The notes beneath the pieces were generated by a model. That model saw only the letters and a list, made by a program, of their open reading frames with translations. It made no database searches and was not told the DNA's origin. A program made the position numbers and the translations under genes. From Cyanobium sp. (GTDB lineage: Bacteria > Cyanobacteriota > Cyanobacteriia > PCC-6307 > Cyanobiaceae): 64,000 bases of DNA. The stretch covers positions 106,050 through 170,049 of the forward strand of contig JBBASR010000001.1 in assembly GCA_040399125.1 (NCBI GenBank), read 5' to 3'. Positions 37,690-45,740 of this stretch are shown here, in pieces (within the stretch, counting starts at the first letter, position 1; every line of letters starts with the position of its first letter).

Positions 37690-38326
37690 TCAGATCGGGC
37701 GGGCATCCCGCCGCCGTCAGCTTGCTGCGCAGGTTGCGCATGTGGGCCTTGACGGTGTCCTCCCCCACCTCCCGCGGACCGCTGGAGCTGGCCTCCAGTA
37801 ACTGGGACTTGCTGCAGCTCTGGCCCTGGGCACGGAGCAGGGACTCCAGCAGCAGTGCTTCCTTGCGGGTGAGATCCAGCCAGATCTCCCCCACCCGCAG
37901 CCGGGACTGGCCGGCGGTGAGCTGGAGGGGTCCCCAGACCAGCACCGGATGCAGCGGCCGATCCGAGCGGCGCAGCAGGGCGCGGATGCGGGCCTGCAGA
38001 ACAACCGGATCAAACGGCTTGACCACATAGTCGTCAGCGCCGTGGTCCAGTCCCTGCACCTTGTCGGCACTGGTATCGCGGGCGGTGAGCATCAGGATCA
38101 GAGGCTGCCAGGCGCTGCGGCCACGAAGCCGCCGGCACACCTCCAGGCCATCGCAGCCGGGCAGGGCCACATCCAGCAGCACCAGATCGAAGTTCTGACT
38201 GGCGGTGAGGGCCAGGGCGGAGGGGCCGTCGGCCGCCGCCTCGGTGGCGTAGCCCCAACGATCCAGCAACTGCAGCAACGCCCCTCTCAACTCGGGGTCG
38301 TCCTCCACCACCAGCAACCGCATCAT
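37637..38326 (-). CDS. OmpR-family response regulator
   Basis: MMRLLVVEDDPEL...DLVLLDVALPGCDG receiver domain plus a winged-helix C-terminus (TVYGLGYRL). Start placed at ATG 38326 inside track ORF 37637..38380. Confidence 0.88.
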   Translation of the reverse strand: MMRLLVVEDDPELRGALLQLLDRWGYATEAAADGPSALALTASQNFDLVLLDVALPGCDGLEVCRRLRGRSAWQPLILMLTARDTSADKVQGLDHGADDYVVKPFDPVVLQARIRALLRRSDRPLHPVLVWGPLQLTAGQSRLRVGEIWLDLTRKEALLLESLLRAQGQSCSKSQLLEASSSGPREVGEDTVKAHMRNLRSKLTAAGCPPDLIETVYGLGYRLNPCHIA

Positions 38327-38373
38327 TCCCCCGGGCGGCGCCCGTTCTACGACAACGGGCACCCGGCCCCTGA

Positions 38374-38387
38374 AGTTCATATGTACT
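38374..38387. promoter_or_regulatory. LexA-box-like imperfect palindrome immediately upstream of umuD
   Basis: AGTTCATATGTACT, whose reverse complement is AGTACATATGAACT. It differs at one position from the cyanobacterial LexA consensus RGTACNNNDGTWCB and lies 8 nt before the umuD ATG. Confidence 0.5.
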
Positions 38388-38394
38388 AGCGTGG

Positions 38395-38739
38395 ATGTCC
38401 GCCTGGCGTGGGGTCGTGGATCTCAATCAGCTGCTGATCGCTGCCCCCCGGGGGATCCTGTTCCTGCGGGTCGCGGGCGACTCGATGCATGGCGCCGGCA
38501 TCCAGCACGGCGACCTGCTGGTGGTGGACCGCCACCGCACGCCCCGGGCCGGCCAGATCGTGGTGGCACTGCTGGAGGGCAACTTCACCCTCAAGCGACT
38601 GAGGCATGGCCAGGGGCAGTGGTGGCTGGAGGCCGCCCACCCGGCCTATGCCCCCATCCCGCTGGGGCCCGGGAGCGCCAGCGAACCACCGGGGCCAAGG
38701 CTGTGGGGGGTGGCGATCCATCGGATCCGCAGCCTGTGA
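38395..38739 (+). CDS. umuD: UmuD-like S24 peptidase, short form lacking the cleavable N-terminal arm
   Basis: VDLNQLLIAAPRGILFLRVAGDSMHGAGIQHGDLLVVD...GNFTLKRL aligns with E. coli UmuD from IDLNQLL onward. The Ser/Lys dyad is present. An in-frame TGA at 38371..38373 limits the N-terminus. Confidence 0.85.
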   Translation: MSAWRGVVDLNQLLIAAPRGILFLRVAGDSMHGAGIQHGDLLVVDRHRTPRAGQIVVALLEGNFTLKRLRHGQGQWWLEAAHPAYAPIPLGPGSASEPPGPRLWGVAIHRIRSL

Positions 38740-40031
38740 GCCGCTCCGCACGCGCCACCGTCCTGGTCGACGGCAACAATTTCTACGCCTCGTGCGAGGC
38801 GGTGGTGGATGCCACGGTGATCGGGCGGCCGCTGGTGGTGCTCTCCAACAACGACGGCTGCATCGTCTCCCGCAGTGCCGAAGCCCGGGCCCTCGGCATC
38901 GCCATGGGGGTGCCCTACTTCCAGGTGCGCAGGGAACTGGAACGCCAGGGGGTGATCGTGCGCAGCTCCAACTACAGCCTCTATGCCGACATGAGCCAGC
39001 GGCTGATGGCCACGCTCGAGGCGTGGGTGGAGGAGCTGGAGGTGTACTCGATCGATGAGGCCTTCGGGCTGCTGCACCGGCCGGCCGGTGCAGCTGATCT
39101 GACCCCCTGGGGAAGGGAACTGCGCCGCAGTGTGCGGCGCCGGCTTGGATTGCCCGTGGCCGTGGGCATCGCTCCGACCAAGGTGCTCGCCAAGGTGGCC
39201 AACCGGCTGGCCAAGCAACACCCCCGGCATCGGGATCAGGGCGTCTTCGACCTGGGGGCAGTGGGCGATCCCGACCCCTGGCTGGCGGACATCGCCGTGG
39301 AGGAGGTATGGGGCATCGGGCGCCGGCTGTCCCGCTGGTGCCGGTTGCGGGGGATCGCCGATGCCCGGGCACTGCGGGACATGCCCCCCGGGGAACTGCA
39401 GCGGCGCTGCGGCGTGGTGGGCTTGCGCCTGCAGCAGGAACTGCAGGGCCGGGCCTGCCTGCCACTGGTGCAGGCGCCACCTCCGAAGCAGGAAACCTGC
39501 GTGAGCCGCAGCTTCAGCCAGCCGATCAGCGATCTCGAATCGCTGCGCCAGGCGATCGCCACCTACCTGAGCCGGGCCGCCGAAAAGTTACGGCGTCAGG
39601 GCCAGCGGGCCGGAACGATCACCGTGTTCGTGCGCAGCAGCCCCTTCGATGGCTCGAGTTTCTACAGCAATGCGGCCACCACCCACCTGCCGCTGCCCAG
39701 CAACGACACCAGCGTGCTGCTGGCGGCAGCCCTGCCCCTGGCCCTGCCGCTGTTCCGGCCGCACAAACCTCTGCAGAAAGCCGGTGTGGTGCTCCAGAAC
39801 CTGCAGCCCGAAGCGCTGCTGCAGCACCATCTGCTGGCTCCGCTCGAGCCGGGCGAGCAGCGCCGGCGTGAGCGGCTGATGGCCACCGTCGACGGCATCA
39901 ACCGTCGCTATGGCAGCGGCACGCTGCAGTGGGCCGCCTGTGGCCTGGCGCCGGCATGGACGATGCGCCGCTCCCGCCTCTCCCGAGCCGCCACCACACG
40001 GCTGAGCGACATCCCCGTGGTCCGGGCCTAG
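38736..40031 (+). CDS. umuC: Y-family translesion DNA polymerase UmuC
   Basis: VLVDGNNFYASCEAVVDATVIGRPLVVLSNNDGCIVSRSAEARALGI...VYSIDEAF. GTG 38736 overlaps the umuD stop (GTGA). Part of track ORF 38391..40031. Confidence 0.88.
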   Translation: MSRSARATVLVDGNNFYASCEAVVDATVIGRPLVVLSNNDGCIVSRSAEARALGIAMGVPYFQVRRELERQGVIVRSSNYSLYADMSQRLMATLEAWVEELEVYSIDEAFGLLHRPAGAADLTPWGRELRRSVRRRLGLPVAVGIAPTKVLAKVANRLAKQHPRHRDQGVFDLGAVGDPDPWLADIAVEEVWGIGRRLSRWCRLRGIADARALRDMPPGELQRRCGVVGLRLQQELQGRACLPLVQAPPPKQETCVSRSFSQPISDLESLRQAIATYLSRAAEKLRRQGQRAGTITVFVRSSPFDGSSFYSNAATTHLPLPSNDTSVLLAAALPLALPLFRPHKPLQKAGVVLQNLQPEALLQHHLLAPLEPGEQRRRERLMATVDGINRRYGSGTLQWAACGLAPAWTMRRSRLSRAATTRLSDIPVVRA

Positions 40032-40288
40032 ATCCCGTCGAGGGCCTGCTCGATCATCGCCGCCGTCACCGCGATCGTTTCGAGTTCATCGTCGTTGTCG
40101 AGATAGGCGTCGAACGACGCATACCGGCGCAGGCAGGGAGAGGCGCCAGGCGCGGCGCAGGCGGCGGCCCAGTCGCCATCCTCGGGACGAACGAGGGCAT
40201 AGCTCAGGAGGGCATCAGCAACATCGCCACCGTCGCCGATGCTTTCGCCATGCCAGCAGACCTCAAAGAAAGGATCGGAATCGGCCAT
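40028..40288 (-). CDS. Hypothetical acidic protein (86 aa)
   Basis: MADSDPFFEVCWHGESIGDGGDVADALL...DNDDELETIAVTAAMIEQALDGI. ATG verified at 40288. Its stop overlaps the umuC stop in convergent orientation. No family recognised. Confidence 0.4.
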   Translation of the reverse strand: MADSDPFFEVCWHGESIGDGGDVADALLSYALVRPEDGDWAAACAAPGASPCLRRYASFDAYLDNDDELETIAVTAAMIEQALDGI

Positions 40289-40362
40289 CGGGAGAGGGGA
40301 TGCTCCAGAGAGACATCCAGCGTCGGTCAGGGAAAAATTATCGACCCTGAGCCCGCAGAGCC

Positions 40363-41355
40363 TCAGGCCAGAAGACTGGCGATCTGGTTGCGCCCGTTTC
40401 CCTTCGCCAGACCCAGGGCACGGTCGGCGCGGTGCACCAGATCCCCGAAGCTCCGGTCGCTGACCGCCAGGGACGTGACCCCGCCACTGATGTGGAGGTG
40501 GTAATCGGAATGGCTGTAGATGCCAGGCATCGCCATCGCCGCCCGCCGCAGCCGTTCGGCCAGGGCAAGGGCCGCATCGCTGCCGGTGTCGACCAGCAGC
40601 AGGGCGAATTCGCCATCCCCCATCCTTCCCGCGAAATCCTGCTCCCGCAGAAACGTGCCGCCCAGCTGGCAGAGATGCAGAAGAACCGCATCTCCGGCCT
40701 GATGGCCCCAGCGGTTGTTGATCTGGCGGAAATCGTCGATGTCGAAGAGCACCAGGGAAAGGGGATGGTCCTGGTTGCGGGCCCGCTGGAACTCCCGTTC
40801 ACCGATCATCAGGAAGGCCTGCCGCACCGGCAGCCCCGTGACCGGACAGAGCAAAGCCTGGCGGCGCAGTTCCAGTTCCCGCATCACCAGGCCGCCCAGC
40901 AGGCGCAGCTGCTGCAGCTGCAGCTCCGTCGGTCGCCGGGGCTGGCGGTCGATCACACACAGGGTGCCGAGGTTGTGACCATCGGGACTGCGCAGCGGCA
41001 TCCCCGCATAGAAACGGATGTGGGGATCCTCGAGCACCAGCGGGTTGGAGCGGAACCGCTGGTCGGCGAGGGCGTCGGGCACCACCAGCACGTCGTCACC
41101 GGCGATGGCATGGGCGCAGAAGGCGACCCGCCGGGGTGTTTCCGTCGCCTCGAGTCCCTTACGGGCCAGAAACCACTGGCGATCGGCATCCACCAGGGAG
41201 ATCAGGGCGATCGGCGTGGCGAAGATCGAGCTGGCGAGTTCAATGATGCGATCAAAGTGCTCATCGCCGGCGGTGCCCACCACCGCATGGCGCTCCAGAT
41301 CGCGCAGCCGCAGGGCCTCATCGCAGGGGATCGGATAGGTGAGTTCGGCTTCCAT
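40363..41355 (-). CDS. GAF-domain protein with a degenerate GGDEF domain (GDGEF) and an intact RxxD I-site
   Basis: N-terminal GAF domain (RLRDLERHAV...SLVDADRQWF). GGDEF-domain blocks VTGLPVRQAF, LFDIDDFRQINNRWGHQAGD and REQDFAGRMGDGEFALLL, checked against the DNA at 40590..40630. Confidence 0.82.
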   Translation of the reverse strand: MEAELTYPIPCDEALRLRDLERHAVVGTAGDEHFDRIIELASSIFATPIALISLVDADRQWFLARKGLEATETPRRVAFCAHAIAGDDVLVVPDALADQRFRSNPLVLEDPHIRFYAGMPLRSPDGHNLGTLCVIDRQPRRPTELQLQQLRLLGGLVMRELELRRQALLCPVTGLPVRQAFLMIGEREFQRARNQDHPLSLVLFDIDDFRQINNRWGHQAGDAVLLHLCQLGGTFLREQDFAGRMGDGEFALLLVDTGSDAALALAERLRRAAMAMPGIYSHSDYHLHISGGVTSLAVSDRSFGDLVHRADRALGLAKGNGRNQIASLLA

Positions 41356-41430
41356 GGCCCTGCCACCAACCCGGAAAGAAAACCGTAGGCGGATCTCCAG
41401 GAGACAGCGCGGGATTGCCGGCAGCGGACT

Positions 41431-43599
41431 TCAGGCCGCGGAAGAAAGGACCGGCACACCTTCGGGTTCGGAGGCAGGCTGGGCCAGGATCTCCTCGAAA
41501 CCGGCACAGCGCCGTTGGTCCAGCTCTCCGAGATGGCGCCGTTCGCAGTAGTAGTCGTGCTGGAAGCGGAGGGCATCAGCATTGAGATCGGCAAACAGGT
41601 CCTCGATCCGCCGCTCCATGTCGAGGCCGGCCTGGGGATCGCCGGGGGGGGGCTCGGCGCCCGCCGGCCTGGTCCGTTCGTCCTCAAGCAATCGGGCGAT
41701 GCAGTGCTCGAGGGTGGCGAGGCGCTGCGACTGCCAGGCGTCGAGCAGATGGCGACAGCGCTTGAGGCCCCGCTGACGGGAGCGCACCGCCAGGGCCCCG
41801 CGCAGTTCCAGCAGGGGCTGGGCCAGGCAGACGCGCTGCACTTCCGTGGGTTCGAGCAGGGGTGTCAGCCGGGTGAGCAGCGCACTCTCCTCCACCAACA
41901 GCCGCTCCCCCAGCAGACGGGGTAGGTCGAGATCGGCCAGATCATGGCCGGGGTCGCTGCCGCGGTTGATCGCTTCCAGTCGTCCGACCCCCAGGTTGTC
42001 CTCCTCAATCTCACTGATCGCCGCCCAGAGCCGGCGGTGATGGTGGAGGGCGAAGTCGTCCTGCTCCCACTCCCGCAGCAGGCGCCGCAGTTCGGCGCGA
42101 TGGAACGGGCTGTGGAGGTAGATCATCAGCTGAAGGGCCTCAGCCCGTTCCTGGATGCCCACCTCGCCGGGTTGCTCCCAGCGGGTGGAGCGGCCATGCC
42201 AGCGCTGGCCCTTCACCTGCTGACGCAGGTCGTCCTCCAGCTGGATTGCCAGCCGTGCCTGCCCACCGCTGAGGCGCTCGGCCACCTGCTGCAGGTAGCG
42301 GCTGCGCACGGCGCTCTGGGGCAGCTTGCCCAGCAGGGCCACCAGGGCCGAAACCGCCTGCTGAAACTGATCCACCCGGGCCAGATCGCGCCCCGCCAGC
42401 ACCTGGTCGATCTGCCAGTCGAGCCAGAGGGGTGCCTGATCGAGCAGCGAGCGGTAATCCCCGGGGCCGTGCTGCTGCAGAAACTCATCGGGGTCCTTAC
42501 CGGCAGGAAGCTGCAGCACCCGCAGTTCCAGCTGTCCCTGAAGCGCGAGCTGCTCCACCTCGCCGATGGCCCGCTGGGCGGCCTTCACCCCGGCGCCATC
42601 GCTGTCGAAATTGAGGATCAGCCGCTTGCTGTCGCAGCAACGGCACAACTGGGTGATCTGGCTGCTGCTGAGAGCCGTGCCCAGGGCCGCGACCGCATTG
42701 GTGATGCCGGCGGCATGGAGAGCGATCACATCGAAATAACCCTCCACCACCACGGCCCGGTCCGCCCGGCGGATCGGATCGGCGGCCCGGTCGAGACCGA
42801 AGAGGTGGCGCCCCTTCTCGAACACCTCCGTTTCGGGACTGTTGAGGTACTTGGGTTCCTGGCCATCGAGGGCCCGACCGCCGAAGCCGATGACCCGGCC
42901 CTGACGATCGCGGATCGGCACCATCACCCGGTGCCGAAAACGGTCGTAGAAACCATCGCCGCCCTTGCGGGCCACCACAAGTCCGGCGGCCTCCAACCAT
43001 TCAGGAGCGAAGCCCTCCACCTGCTGGAGGTGCTGCAACAGACCATCCCAGCGATCGGGGGCGTACCCGAGCTGGAACGCCTCGAGGGTGGCCTCGCTGA
43101 GGCCACGGCTGCCGGTGAGAGGGCTGCCGGTGAGATAACGCAGAGCCGCCTCCCCCTCGGGGCTGCGGAGCTGGGCCTGGAACCAGCCCGCAGCCAGCGC
43201 CAGCACGCGGTGCAGACGATCGCGACGGGAAAGCTGCTGGCGCAGACGCTCCTGCTGGGGCCCCTCGAGGGTTTCCACGGGCAGCTGGTATTTGCGCGCC
43301 AGCTCCAACACCACATCGCTGAAACTGGTGCGCTGCAGCTCCATCAGGAACTTGATGGCATTGCCACCGGCCCCGCAGGAGAAGCAGTAATAGAACTGCT
43401 TGGCCGGCGAGACCGTCATCGACGGAGACTTGTCGTCGTGGAACGGACAGATCCCCACGAACTCGCGACCCTTCTTCTTGAGCACCACGTGCTCGCCCAC
43501 CACATCGACGATGTCGGCCCGCTCCTTGACGGCCTCGATCGTGCGGGGATGGAGGCGAGGCAAGGACAACCGCGGTAAGGGGCGGGAAGAGAGCTGCAC
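41431..43599 (-). CDS. dnaG: DNA primase
   Basis: CHC2 zinc finger CPFHDDKSPSMTVSPAKQFYYCFSCGAGGN and a TOPRIM domain (VVVEGYFDVIALHAAG). The start at 43599 is GTG. Confidence 0.92.
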   Translation of the reverse strand: MQLSSRPLPRLSLPRLHPRTIEAVKERADIVDVVGEHVVLKKKGREFVGICPFHDDKSPSMTVSPAKQFYYCFSCGAGGNAIKFLMELQRTSFSDVVLELARKYQLPVETLEGPQQERLRQQLSRRDRLHRVLALAAGWFQAQLRSPEGEAALRYLTGSPLTGSRGLSEATLEAFQLGYAPDRWDGLLQHLQQVEGFAPEWLEAAGLVVARKGGDGFYDRFRHRVMVPIRDRQGRVIGFGGRALDGQEPKYLNSPETEVFEKGRHLFGLDRAADPIRRADRAVVVEGYFDVIALHAAGITNAVAALGTALSSSQITQLCRCCDSKRLILNFDSDGAGVKAAQRAIGEVEQLALQGQLELRVLQLPAGKDPDEFLQQHGPGDYRSLLDQAPLWLDWQIDQVLAGRDLARVDQFQQAVSALVALLGKLPQSAVRSRYLQQVAERLSGGQARLAIQLEDDLRQQVKGQRWHGRSTRWEQPGEVGIQERAEALQLMIYLHSPFHRAELRRLLREWEQDDFALHHHRRLWAAISEIEEDNLGVGRLEAINRGSDPGHDLADLDLPRLLGERLLVEESALLTRLTPLLEPTEVQRVCLAQPLLELRGALAVRSRQRGLKRCRHLLDAWQSQRLATLEHCIARLLEDERTRPAGAEPPPGDPQAGLDMERRIEDLFADLNADALRFQHDYYCERRHLGELDQRRCAGFEEILAQPASEPEGVPVLSSAA

Positions 43600-43679
43600 C
43601 CTACCGGTGGCGGCGGGTACTGGTCCATCCTGGAACGGTCCACCACGGCTTGTGTCGCCCTGGCCCGCCGGAACGAACG

Positions 43680-44651
43680 ATGAAGGGCCTGAAGCGCAAC
43701 CCCCTGAGCGGTGAAGCGGGGGCCGCCATGGCCCTGATGGCCAGCGCCCTGAGCTTCAGCCTGATGGTGGTGTGCGTGAAGAAGGTGGGGGGGCGCCTGC
43801 CGCTGGCGGAAGTGGTGCTGGCCCGGGCCCTGGTGAGCGTGGCCCTGAGCTGGTGGTGGTTGCGGCGGGCCGGCATCGACCCCTGGGGCCAACGCAGGGG
43901 ACTGCTGATCCTGCGCGGGACCCTGGGCACGGCCGCCCTGTTCTGCGTCTACGCGGCGGTGGCCTGGTTGCCCCTCGCTGCCGCCACGGTGCTGCAGTAC
44001 CTCTATCCCACCTTCACCGCCCTGCTGGCCTGGCTGTTGCTGGGAGAGCGGCTGGACCGGCGCCTCGGCCTGGCGATGCTGCTGGGATGGCTGGGCGTGC
44101 TGGTGGTGGCCGATCCGCTCGGAAGCCTTAGTGGGGCCGCCGCTTCGCCACCGCCAGCCGGCGTAGTCGTGGCAATCGCCGGGGCGCTGCTCACGGCGCT
44201 GGCCTACGTGAGTGTGCGCAGCCTGGGGCGCAGCGAGCACCCGCTGGTGATCGTGTTCTATTTCCCGCTGGTGGGCATCCCCCTCTGCCTGCCTGCAGTG
44301 CTCTGGCATCCCGTGCTGCCCCATGGGCAGGAACTGGCCTGGTTGCTGGGGGTGGGACTGTTCACCCAGCTGGGCCAGGTGGGGCTGACCCATGGGCTCA
44401 CCAGACTGCCCGCCGCCCGGGCCACCGCGATCAGCTACGTGCAGGTGGCGTTCGCCGCCCTCTGGGGTTGGTGGCTGTTCGGGGAAGCGATTCAGCCCGC
44501 AACAGCCCTCGGGGGAGGGCTGATCCTGGCGGCGACGCTGCAGAACCTGAAAGGGCCTGCCAACCGCTCAGGGCAACGGGCGGGAGAGGCGGCGGCGCAG
44601 GCGGCGGCTCCAGCGGAACGCCACCAGACCCCCGGCCAGCGGCAGGGGTGA
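43680..44651 (+). CDS. DMT-superfamily (EamA-type) transporter
   Basis: Ten predicted TM helices in two EamA-like halves. Start placed at ATG 43680 inside track ORF 43650..44651. Confidence 0.78.
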   Translation: MKGLKRNPLSGEAGAAMALMASALSFSLMVVCVKKVGGRLPLAEVVLARALVSVALSWWWLRRAGIDPWGQRRGLLILRGTLGTAALFCVYAAVAWLPLAAATVLQYLYPTFTALLAWLLLGERLDRRLGLAMLLGWLGVLVVADPLGSLSGAAASPPPAGVVVAIAGALLTALAYVSVRSLGRSEHPLVIVFYFPLVGIPLCLPAVLWHPVLPHGQELAWLLGVGLFTQLGQVGLTHGLTRLPAARATAISYVQVAFAALWGWWLFGEAIQPATALGGGLILAATLQNLKGPANRSGQRAGEAAAQAAAPAERHQTPGQRQG

Positions 44652-45674
44652 AGGCACAGGGATGACGGCGGCGGCAAAGGCCTGGCCGAAGACCCGATGG
44701 GCGGCGGTGGTGGGATGGTTGGCATCCCAGAACAGCCAGGTGTCGGGATTGCAGCTCTCGCTCACCACGGGTTGGCCTGCCTCGATCACCGTGCAGCGGT
44801 CGGTCACGTTGGTGAAGCCGTAGGCCCCGGGATTGCTCCGGATCGAGGCGAACAGATCATCCGTCTGGAAGGGGGTGAGGTGGATGCCGGGGCGCTCCAG
44901 CTGCAGCTGGGCAAGGGCCGCTTCCAAGGCGGTGTTGAACTGGGAGGAGAGCTGACTTGCCGTGGCCGCCAGCACGGGATTGGCGGCGAACTGGGGGGTG
45001 AGGCCCAGGTCGGGGCTGTTGGGCACCAGGAATTGGGTGGCGCCGTCATCGGCCAGCAGGTTGATCGAACCCACGATGTTGTCGATCGCATTGCTGATCA
45101 TCTGGTCGGCCGTTGCCGGTACGGCGGCCCCGCCGCTGAAGGTACCGGGAGCCTTGCCGCCGGCGAGAGCTCCTGTGTTCAACCAGAAATAGGCGTCATT
45201 GGGATAGAGCCACACCACAAAAAGGGCGGTGTCGGGGTTGAAGCTGGGATTGCGGGCTGAATAGGTATCGAGCTGAAACTTGTTGGCTTTCTGCTGGAAG
45301 GCGGTGGGAATCGGTTCCGGAAAGCCGGACACCGACATGTTGCTCTCCAATCCGGAGGTGGAGCCGATCACCGCATAGTTCGTGGCCCGCTCGCCAGGGG
45401 TCGAAGGGGTCAGGGAAGGCAGGAAACCGGAGGGATTGCCGGGGTTCCGGGAGCTCCACAGATATTCCACGGCCACAGGCCCGTTGCTGGCCCGGCCTCC
45501 CACATAGGGCGAAGGGGCGAAGGCACCGCCGGTGAGCAGGCCCCCATTGCCTCCATCGGAGAGGCTGTCGCCGAAGACGAACAGCTGGTCGAGGCTTGAG
45601 AGCGCTGCACTGGCTGGCAGGGGAAGGGCCGCAGCAAAAAGGCTTCCCAACGCAAACCAATGGCGGAACTTCAT
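44568..45674 (-). CDS. Secreted GDSL/SGNH-family lipase/esterase with a PEP-CTERM-like C-terminal tail
   Basis: Signal peptide MKFRHWFALGSLFAAALPLPASA. Block I FVFGDSLSDGGN and block V WDANHPT. Tail IPVPSPLPLAGGLVAFRWSRRLRRRL. Confidence 0.8.
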   Translation of the reverse strand: MKFRHWFALGSLFAAALPLPASAALSSLDQLFVFGDSLSDGGNGGLLTGGAFAPSPYVGGRASNGPVAVEYLWSSRNPGNPSGFLPSLTPSTPGERATNYAVIGSTSGLESNMSVSGFPEPIPTAFQQKANKFQLDTYSARNPSFNPDTALFVVWLYPNDAYFWLNTGALAGGKAPGTFSGGAAVPATADQMISNAIDNIVGSINLLADDGATQFLVPNSPDLGLTPQFAANPVLAATASQLSSQFNTALEAALAQLQLERPGIHLTPFQTDDLFASIRSNPGAYGFTNVTDRCTVIEAGQPVVSESCNPDTWLFWDANHPTTAAHRVFGQAFAAAVIPVPSPLPLAGGLVAFRWSRRLRRRLSRPLP

Positions 45675-45740
45675 GCTTGGCAGGGAGGGAGGAACTGGTT
45701 GCCGGCACGGTACGGGGAGTGGCCCCTGCAGGCAACCGGT

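Noticed and set aside
38386-39480. 364-aa minus-strand ORF, extremely Pro/Arg/Ala-rich
   Set aside because: It is antisense to umuD/umuC and has no domain. It is a GC-content artefact.
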